From: Amoebidium appalachense
Taxonomy: Eukaryota > Protista > Ichthyosporea
Assembly (NCBI GenBank): GCA_963693365.1
Contig: CAVNZM010000116.1
Coordinates: forward strand, 1 to 6,959
Direction: 5' to 3'
Length of the DNA: 6,959 nt
Made by a program: the position numbers and the translations under genes. The notes beneath the pieces are model-generated. The model ran no database searches, was not told the origin of the DNA, and saw only the letters and a program-made list of their open reading frames with translations. Shown in pieces: positions 1 to 6,959 of this stretch (position 1 is the stretch's first letter; every line of letters starts with the position of its first letter).

Positions 1-207
1 ACCCAACAGCCCAGCTGATACGGCTCTGTGTGCCAAAGTCAGCTCGGCTTTTTTAAACGATTTTTTTAAACATGTTTTTATCCTTGGCGAGTCCTGGGCC
101 ACTCTGACTAACGTAGTTGCTTGCAAACCAACAGCATGGCACCCCTTTTACCCCCTTCCCAAAGTGTAACAGTTCAAGTCTGCTTTTTTCCCCTCAGTAC
201 CCCTTAA

Positions 208-581
208 ACCAACCTCCGTATCTACCATTTTAGCGTCTGGGTGGCGAGCAGCCGAGAGCCACATTTCTCAGATGTGGCTCACCAATCAGGAGACGATAGC
301 ATATTGCCTTTGTCGACAGACGAGAACAGCCACATTTCTCAGATGTGGCTCACCAATCATGAGACGATAGCATATTGCCGATGTCGACATACGAGAACAG
401 CGATTTCACGGCAAAGTTTCAAGCTAAGGCCAAAACGGCTGCGTGATAATTGTTAACAAATGACGTCACACCCTCGATCGGTTGATAGGTTCGATAACTT
501 CATAGGCGGCGCCAGGGCAATTTGGAATCCTCGATCGGATCAACCTCGATTGTGTCTAAAATGGGAGATACGGACCTTGGT
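208..581. mobile_element. 374-bp MITE (non-autonomous TIR DNA transposon) flanked by TTAA
   Basis: 26-bp inverted termini: 208-233 ACCAACCTCCGTATCTACCATTTTAG against the reverse complement of 556-581 ACCAAGGTCCGTATCTCCCATTTTAG (23/26 identical). TTAA lies immediately outside both ends (204-207, 582-585). No transposase ORF. Confidence 0.85.
257..401. repeat. 71-bp tandem duplication (2 copies) inside the MITE
   Basis: Copies 257-327 and 328-398 differ at 4 positions. Each contains the hairpin AGCCACAT-ttctcag-ATGTGGCT and a CCAATCA motif. Confidence 0.95.
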
Positions 582-610
582 TTAAAGTTTGATATTTTGT
601 TACCTCGCGC

Positions 611-654
<44 letters not shown>

Positions 655-824
655 TGTTTTGTGTCTATGCACTGGTCTTATCCTTGCGCCAGCACACATA
701 ATATGTTAAGTATCCTTTTGCCTGTGTACGTGCGTGCGTAGGTGGGACAGGGAGGGAGGAAGACAGGAAGGTGGGGGTGGGGGTGGGGGTAGGAGGTGGG
801 GGACGGTGGGGTGGTAGTGGTGGT

Positions 825-872
<48 letters not shown>

Positions 873-890
873 ATAATCTGAACAACTCAC

Positions 891-1004
891 CCGCTGGGAA
901 ACATTTGTCCGGATTTGAGCACTCACAGGTAAAGCTGCCGTACGTGTTTGTGCAGTTGAACTCGGTGGGGCATTTTAATTGGCTCCCAGCGCACTCGTTC
1001 AAGT
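891..1004 (-). CDS. VWDE-like protein, exon G (calcium-binding EGF domain with a short last loop); gene continues beyond it
   Basis: 114-nt phase 1-1 exon: DLNECAGSQLKCPTEFNCTNTYGSFTCECSNPDKCFPA. Acceptor tgttttgtgttcAG (AG at 1006-1005); donor G|GTGAGT (GT at 890-889). I recognise no further exon in 1-890. Confidence 0.9.
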
Positions 1005-1061
1005 CTGAACACAAAACACACAGAGCTTATGTCAGTAGTGGTTTAAGAGTTTCAAGTGCTG

Positions 1062-1143
1062 CCCCCCCCCCCCCCCCCCCCCCACACACACACACAACAC
1101 ACACCCACACACACCCACACACAGACACACACACACACACAAC
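1062..1143. repeat. C22 followed by an imperfect (CA)n microsatellite
   Basis: Seen directly. Confidence 0.92.
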
Positions 1144-1850
1144 ACTGGAGGGGAACGGAGTTTTTCTCTCGTCTCCCTCTACTCTTACTCTAAGCTTGTG
1201 TCGGGAATAAGGTGAAAATGGAATTCAGAACCATCGATCAATTGTAATTAGTAAGTCTTGCCCCGACAGGGAGTTTGTCAGGTGAATTATCGAGCCAGAC
1301 AAGATCTGTTATATCGACAAAATTCCAGATCATACTACACACACAGGCTGGCAAAAAAAAAAAAGAAAAGGAAAACAGCATGTTGTGTGTGATCAGTGTA
1401 CCTAGCCACTACATCAGATGACACCTAGAGGCAGAACTCAGGCTTGAAGATCAAGCCTAAAGTTTAGCCATGCCGATCCCACAATCAACTCTATATAAGG
1501 TCTATAATGGGGTTTCTCAATTATGACGTATCTATAATGAATTGATGTCGTTAAAATGTCATGAATTGAAAATGACGTCATCGGATCACCAGCAGTGGCG
1601 GCCACCCAGGCCGACAAGCGCACTGATGGCATGCCATATATGGTCAGGAAACCGGACATGGTAAAATACTACGTCACACTACGCACCGGAAGGCGACCCG
1701 GGTGACTGAGTGTCAGCTGCTGGTAGTTTTTCGAGAATGAACCAAAACTGAGAGTCCCTCGTTTGTTTCCAATAGTATTTTTCTTTGAACTTCTTTTCAA
1801 TCACCGTAGTAAGCCCAAAGAAGTCAGACTCTAAACTGGTTACAATGAGA

Positions 1851-2014
1851 TGAGCTCTTTGCTAATGGTTAGCAACCAGCCCCATGGAAATCGCTGCAGC
1901 CATATGTGACCCCCCCCCCCCCCCCCCGGCCCCCGTGAGCTCTTTGCTAATCGGTAGCAACCAGCCCCATGGAAATCGCTGCAGCCATATTTGAACCCCC
2001 CCCCCCCCCCCCCC
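1851..2014. repeat. About 85-bp tandem duplication (2 copies), each copy carrying a poly-C run
   Basis: TGAGCTCTTTGCTAAT...GCAGCCATAT starts at 1851 and 1936, followed by C18 (1910-1927) and C19 (1996-2014). Confidence 0.93.
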
Positions 2015-2077
2015 GAAACACGTCTAAGAAAAGAAGAAGAAGTAAGAAAAGTGATAAAGATAGTGCATAATGCAAAT

Positions 2078-2190
2078 CCCCCCCACCCCCACCCCCCCAC
2101 CCCCTCCCCCCCCCCCCCTCCCCCCTCCCCCCTCCCCCTCCCTCCCCCTCCCCCCCCCCTCCCCCCCCCCTCCCCCCCCCCCCCCCCCAA

Positions 2191-2220
<30 letters not shown>
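2078..2220. repeat. Interrupted poly-C tract (about 110 nt) joined to a poly-A tract
   Basis: C runs broken by single A or T bases at 2078-2188, then an A-run from 2189. Confidence 0.92.
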
Positions 2221-2222
<2 letters not shown>

Positions 2223-2283
2223 CCCTCCTTTCTTTAAACGGTACATTGGCTGAAGACTGCAACCGAGGATACGATGAACTTAC

Positions 2284-2406
2284 CGACACACATGACGCCG
2301 TCACCAGCAAACCCGGCTTTGCAGGCACACGTGAAGGAGCCAACCGTGTTGGTGCATGTGGCAGACCCAATGCAGTTGTGTGTCTGGTTTGTGCACTCGT
2401 TGACGT
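2284..2406 (-). CDS. VWDE-like protein, exon F (calcium-binding EGF domain)
   Basis: 123-nt phase 1-1 exon: DVNECTNQTHNCIGSATCTNTVGSFTCACKAGFAGDGVMCV, with DxNEC and the C-x-N-x4-F-x-C hydroxylation consensus. AG at 2408-2407; donor G|GTAAGT (GT at 2283-2282). Confidence 0.93.
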
Positions 2407-2424
2407 CTGTGTGTAGATGTGTAG

Positions 2425-2426
<2 letters not shown>

Positions 2427-2466
<40 letters not shown>

Positions 2467-2489
2467 GTGTGTGCGTGCGTGCGTGCGTG
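2427..2489. repeat. (GT)n/(GCGT)n compound microsatellite upstream of the exon F acceptor
   Basis: (GT)17 at 2427-2460 followed by GCGT units. Confidence 0.95.
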
Positions 2490-2724
2490 GAGAAGGGGGG
2501 GGGGGGGGGGGGGGGGGTTGACATTGTTAGTTTGCGGTTAGTTTGCGGGTGTGGGTTACGGTGTGGGTAACTGGGTGTCCGTTCATGTTGCATGAGGTAG
2601 GGAGGTGTGGATGGTTGTGTAGGTTATGGGTGTAGTGTGCAGGTACGTAGGTTTGTGTATATTGTGGCAGTGGCGGTGACTGGAGGGGGAGGGCATTACT
2701 TGTGACTTGTGTTTTGTGTGTTGT

Positions 2725-2781
2725 CTCACTTGCCTGTGTGCAGATGCTACTTGTCCCTCACTTGCATGTGTGCAGATGCTA
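2725..2781. repeat. Direct repeat with 32-bp period
   Basis: CTCACTTGC(C/A)TGTGTGCAGATGCTA at 2725-2749 and 2757-2781, one mismatch. Confidence 0.85.
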
Positions 2782-3000
2782 GAGACTCAAAGGGAGGGGG
2801 GAGGGCGGGGGGAAGGGCGGGGGGGGGGGGGGGGGGGGGGGGGGCAAGTCTCCCCCAAAATGCCCTACATGGAAAATATCCAATTGCTATAAAGAAGATT
2901 ACACCTTTTGTAGGTTAAGTCGATCATTGAAGATAATGTCAATGATTTCATGCTGCAAACATAATCCTTGAGGGTATCTTTCAGGAAACACGAATAATAC

Positions 3001-3238
<238 letters not shown>

Positions 3239-3516
3239 TGTGGGTGAACGTCATAAATAAGTGAATCACAGTACCTCCGGGTTGTGTTCGATGGGGGGAG
3301 GGGGGGGGGGGGGGGGGGGGGGGGGTGGGGGGGGGGGAGGGAGGGGAGGGGAGGGAGGGGGGTGGAATTCAGTTGATCGGAAAGGAAAGAGGGCGAGCGG
3401 AGGGGAGGGGAAAAGAAAGGAGGGGGGAGCCTCGGGAGGGTACGGGGGGGGTTTGAATGCGGAACACAGCACGAAGTACGCATACACGAAGGACACATGC
3501 AAAGGCAAACATTCAA

Positions 3517-3669
3517 GTATGCAACATCAGCCATGCGCACAGCATGCGTCATAAGCAGAGCCCATCCTCAGGGAGGGCCCAAGTCATCAATTGTATGCAA
3601 CATCAGCCATGCGCACAGCATGCGTCATAAGCAGAGCCCATCCTCAGGGAGGGCCCAAGTCATCAATTG
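3517..3669. repeat. Perfect 76-bp tandem duplication (2 copies)
   Basis: 3517-3592 is identical to 3593-3668 (GTATGCAACATCAGCC...AAGTCATCAATT). Confidence 0.97.
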
Positions 3670-3817
3670 CGTCTGAGTTTCGACCCCTTAGCCCGCGTAT
3701 ATACGACTCTCGGGGGGGGGGGGGGGGGGGGGGGGGGAGCGCCGAGAGCGAGAGACAGAGCCTCGAGCGAGAGACAGAGAGAGGGGGGGGGGGGGGGGGG
3801 GTCACACCCGCACTCAC

Positions 3818-4396
3818 CCATAGGTGTGCCGACCCATGTAGTGCAATACTGCCCCGTCCATCCGGTCGTGCACGTACACTGCCCCTGGCTACACGTCCCT
3901 CCGTTCGAACACCCAACCCCACACTCACCCACGGGATCTACACATGTGCCGTTATCGCAAGTTTGTGAAACGTTGCATGCTTTACACCTTTCAGTAATGC
4001 AGAAGTCTCTCAACGTAGGGCCCGTTGGTTGTGTTGCGTTGGGGTCGAAGAGCATCGCGTCCAGCGCGCATTGTTTTGCAACACCGTCTACCAGTGCGCT
4101 AGGAACTCCTGTGCAAGCCGAACCGGCATCCGTCTTGCACTTATCAATAAATTGTTGGTTGGGGTAGAGCGAATAGTCCGCGGTATAGTTTTCGGGGATG
4201 GGTGGGGGTTGGACCGGTGTGACCGTGGGAACGTTAATTAATATAGTCGAAAGGGCTTCGCTTATGGGTATGATTTGGTTGCCGCGGGGATCTTCAGTAT
4301 TCGGTGTTTGTGAAGCAAATCCTGGAAGGCGCGTGCAGTTGGCTGAAAGGGGAGTGATGACGCTTGGATCTCCGAGCCACAACACTTGACCATTGG

Positions 4397-4400
<4 letters not shown>
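3818..4400 (-). CDS. VWDE-like protein, exon D (Pro/Thr linker, C8-like Cys segment, EGF-like domain)
   Basis: Acceptor (CA)13-G (AG at 4402-4401), phase 0; donor G|GTGAGT (GT at 3817-3816), phase 1; 583 nt open. Contains CKTDAGSAC...QCALDAML...FCITERC and the EGF ECGVGCSNGGTCSQGQCTCTTGWTGQYC. Confidence 0.9.

Positions 4401-4401
<1 letters not shown>

Positions 4402-4427
<26 letters not shown>
4402..4427. repeat. (TG)13 microsatellite abutting the exon D acceptor
   Basis: Seen directly; the pre-mRNA reads (CA)13G|GTG. Confidence 0.95.
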
Positions 4428-4473
4428 GAAGTGTGTGGGTGTCACAGTGTCTCACATTGTGTGTGGGGTGAGT

Positions 4474-4518
<45 letters not shown>

Positions 4519-4659
4519 CGCGCATAACTGTTAGTGGGAAGCAAGAGGAAGATGGAGGGAGAGGATGCCACCCAAGGGGGGGGGGGGGGGGGGGTATGAG
4601 GGACATATGACATATGAAATATTAAACGCTTTGCAGGCGTTTAATATATACGAGTGTGT

Positions 4660-4690
<31 letters not shown>

Positions 4691-4922
4691 GGGGGGGAGG
4701 AGGTGGCCGAACACAGTCATGCTGCAGGGAGATGCGATATACTCTTCGTATGGCCATGGATCATGTGGTGATAAAGGGTGGCAAGCCTTAAGAGCAAACG
4801 TTTAGCAGAAAAACGTCGCGTAGCTTTTCTTTCGTTGTTTATTCATTGTTCTTTTTCTTTTATTTTCTTTCTTTTCTTTTCTTTCTTTTTTTTTTTTTTG
4901 GCGTGTGTGTGTGTGTGGTGGT

Positions 4923-4958
<36 letters not shown>

Positions 4959-5416
4959 CTTGGCTTCCTGCATCTTGACCGGGATGGTGCTCAGATCATC
5001 GCCGGGGTTTGAATTGAAATTCCCGCACAATCCGGACATAAGATTGGCATAGTCCTTAGACACAGTCACCTTGGTGTCGATCATAGTCACATTTCCCCCT
5101 GACCAATAGCGGGGGCTAAGTGTTACCTGGCCACCCCAAAAGGAAATTATGATGTTGTTAGTTGCACGTGGGTCCCGCGAGACAAAAACGTTTGGCTCAG
5201 ACGTATCGGTTATCTTGACGATGCTGAGTTGAGGGTTTTTGAAGTTATCTCGCACTTGGGTGATCAGGAAAATGCTTGCCCCAACCTTGACCCAAATCAT
5301 TTCACTGCAGGAAATAGCCCGATCGACGGTACCGTAACAGTGATAGAGGTGGGTTTGAATGACAAAGTCACCGTAGCAGTCGCGGGTGATGGTGTGTTGT
5401 CCAAGCTCCATGTAGT
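4959..5416 (-). CDS. VWDE-like protein, exon C (body of the VWD domain)
   Basis: Acceptor tgtgttttccccacAG (AG at 5418-5417), phase 1. Encodes DYMELGQHTITRDCYGDFVIQTHLYHC...VTVSKDYANLMSGLCGNFNSNPGDDL..., containing the VWD signature GLCGNFNxNxxDD. The 3' end is placed at a weak phase-0 donor AAG|GTCCCC (GT at 4958-4957), so that boundary is less certain. Confidence 0.9.
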
Positions 5417-5446
5417 CTGTGGGGAAAACACAAGGGTTATTCAATT

Positions 5447-5485
5447 AACTAATTGAAGTCAACTAATTGAAGCCAACAACTAATT
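5447..5485. repeat. Short AACTAATT(GAAG) direct repeat
   Basis: AACTAATTGAAG at 5447 and 5461 (period 14), with a partial third copy AACTAATT at 5478. Confidence 0.75.
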
Positions 5486-5498
5486 TATCATCAATTAA

Positions 5499-5634
5499 GG
5501 GGTCCCTTTATGGTAGCATTTCAGTGTCAGATCAGATTGGTTGATTGTCCAAACAACCCTTTTCCGGATACTTTTTGAATCTGCACATCGGATGCCAGGT
5601 CCTAATCTGAAACCTCTACTAAAGGGGCTCCGCC
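5499..5634. mobile_element. Possible degenerate 136-bp TTAA-flanked MITE with GG...CC ends (Kolobok-like)
   Basis: TTAA at 5495-5498 and 5635-5638. The left end GGGGTCCCTTTATGGTAGCATTTCAG aligns with gaps to the reverse complement of the right end, GGCGGAGCCCCTTTAGTAGAGGTTTCAG. Confidence 0.45.
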
Positions 5635-5790
5635 TTAAGGGTAACCTGCGCCCTCCCCACTTCTCCCTTCCCCCCCCCCCCCCCCCCCCCCCTGGCCCCT
5701 CCCTGCCCCACCAAGTCCTGTAAATACATATTGTAAAAGGGGAAGGGGGGGGGGGGGGGGGGAGGATGAAGAACAGAGTGTTCCACATAC

Positions 5791-5830
5791 CATAGTATCT
5801 GAGGTCGTACGTGACCATGTGGAGGTCCCC
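5791..5830 (-). CDS. VWDE-like protein, exon B (40-nt microexon, VWD N-terminal motif)
   Basis: Acceptor ctctacAG (AG at 5832-5831) and donor G|GTATGT (GT at 5790-5789), phase 0 to 1. Encodes GDLHMVTYDLRYY, equivalent to VWD GDPHxxTFDGxxY. Confidence 0.88.
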
Positions 5831-5882
5831 CTGTAGAGCGCAAGCAGTGTGATGGGTCAATGCACGCAGATCATGATGTTGT

Positions 5883-5996
5883 CCCCCCCCCCCCCCCCCC
5901 CCCCCCATAAACAACACACGCACACGCACACGCACACGCTGATACGCTGACACGCACACAACACACACACACAAACACAAACACAAACACACACAA
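5883..5996. repeat. C24 followed by an imperfect (CA)n/(CACACG)n/(CACAAA)n microsatellite
   Basis: Seen directly. Confidence 0.9.
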
Positions 5997-6412
5997 ATCC
6001 AATCCAACTGAACCCAACTCACCCATGGCCACCGCCACCTTCAGAGTCTCCCAAAGAGGGTAAAATAGCTCTCTTGCAAACGCAAATGAAAGCCTTACCT
6101 TGAGAGAATGAAAAATTGAGGAAACGAAAGGGCATGATTTGCGGCCAACCGAGCAACGCTGTTTTCTTTTCTTCATTCCATTCTTTCTTCCTTTCTTATC
6201 TATTTTTTGCCCCTTCGTACTCGTTGAAGCAAAATCATTAAGTCATAGCAGGATCATTATGCTCCAAACAGAATTATTGTACTTAGAGCAGATTCTGGAA
6301 GGTTGCCATCAAAATAGAGCTATTACGCCATATTCAACGAGCACTCTTATGCTGTTGATTCCGGTTGGTCCCTTCCCAACCTTCCCAACGGTGGGTGAGA
6401 AAAGGTGCGGTA

Positions 6413-6449
<37 letters not shown>

Positions 6450-6732
6450 TAGACATGTACAGAGTACGAAGTCGAAATGCGAAATTGTAGGCAGGGGAGA
6501 AAAAAAAAGAAAAGAAAAAAGGAGCCTTATGAGAAAAGTAAGAGCACACACAAAGAATATTCAGGGGGGGGGGGGGGGGGGGGGGGGGAGGGGGGATGGT
6601 ATACTACACAAAACGAATGTCTCCAGTTAGAATGCATTAGCAGCTCAGTTTATCAGCCAAAAAAGTTTTTAAACACCCTCAAGCAAGCCCACAACTTGTG
6701 CACGATCATGTGCAACATGCAGAAACACCCAC

Positions 6733-6959
6733 CCATGCGTCGCAGGTAGACTTGTTGGTCTGGGCTGCTGCTGCTAGAGCGCCCGCCGGTGCATATCCCT
6801 GAAGGGTGGCTTGCAAATTGTTGAAATTTGGATCCAAACTCGTGGATGTGAGCGGGAAGAGAACAACGTCGCCAGGCTGACGTATGGTGCCGGGGCGTCT
6901 CGTCGCATTTACGCACTGGGGGATATACCAATTTTGAGGCGTGAAAGTTAGCTGGTACA
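6733..6959 (-). CDS. VWDE-like protein, exon A (5'-partial): LTFTPxNW module and first residues of the VWD domain
   Basis: Hand translation from 6957 (a frame missing from the ORF track) is open for 75 codons: YQLTFTPQNWYIPQCVNATRRPGTIRQPGDVVLFPLTSTSLDPNFNNLQATLQGYAPAGALAAAAQTNKSTCDAW. It ends at a phase-0 donor TGG|GTGGGT (GT at 6732-6731). Joining to exon B gives STCDAW-GDLH, matching the VWD start consensus C-x-x-W-G-D-P-H. The exon's 5' boundary is not visible. Confidence 0.85.

Noticed and set aside
257-401. Palindromic direct repeats as a CRISPR array
   Set aside because: Only two copies, the whole 71-bp unit is repeated with no unique spacer, there are no cas genes, and the context is a eukaryotic intron.
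241-456. 71-aa ORF inside the MITE as a transposase fragment
   Set aside because: GTG start, largely made of the tandem duplication, and no DDE or DNA-binding features.
1438-1659. 73-aa minus-strand ORF containing AGDPMTSF, resembling a VWD GDPH motif
   Set aside because: No His, no VWD cysteines and no convincing splice sites; it lies between two phase-matched cbEGF exons. Treated as chance.
6017-6099. Strong-looking minus-strand donors at 6022 (ATGG|GTGAGT) and 6098 (AAG|GTAAGG) as the exon preceding GDLH
   Set aside because: VAVAM-G is out of phase with exon B, the in-phase reading has a TGA at 6043-6041 and only a poor acceptor, and HSLK-GDLH lacks the VWD Cys/Trp. The exon ending at 6733 gives the canonical C-x-x-W-G-D. 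Cryptic use cannot be excluded without RNA data.
6213-6471. 10-bp inverted repeat CTTCGTACTC / GAGTACGAAG as possible TIRs
   Set aside because: Too short, does not extend, and no target-site duplication is evident.
6139-6630. 163-aa plus-strand ORF with a hydrophobic, signal-peptide-like start
   Set aside because: Non-ATG start, hydrophobicity comes from a T/C-rich tract, the ORF runs through two poly-G tracts, and no domain is recognisable.
6653-6931. 92-aa minus-strand ORF from the track as the upstream exon
   Set aside because: Wrong frame; the overlapping frame starting at 6957 carries the recognisable motifs and the phase-compatible donor.

Overview
Eukaryotic genomic DNA (organism not identifiable from the window; animal or close relative most likely). 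It holds the internal part of one spliced, minus-strand gene. Seven exons can be joined through GT-AG introns with matching phases: 6733->6959 (runs off the window), 5791-5830, 4959-5416, 3818-4400, 3001-3117, 2284-2406 and 891-1004. Together they give about 553 uninterrupted codons: an LTFTPxNWxxPQ module, a von Willebrand factor type D (VWD) domain, a Cys-rich C8-like segment, EGF-like domains and two calcium-binding EGF domains. This is a VWDE-like (vWF-D and EGF domain) extracellular protein; no start or stop codon lies in the window. The introns are dense in long G/C homopolymers, (CA)n/(TG)n microsatellites and two-copy tandem duplications, and they carry one clear and one degenerate TTAA-flanked MITE. 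Most entries in the ORF track are low-complexity artefacts. I see no prokaryotic genes, RNA genes or CRISPR array, and no evidence for a new multi-gene system. The best leads are the unusual splice-site architecture, a possible one-EGF alternative donor, the GDPH->GDLH change, and a MITE with atypical termini.
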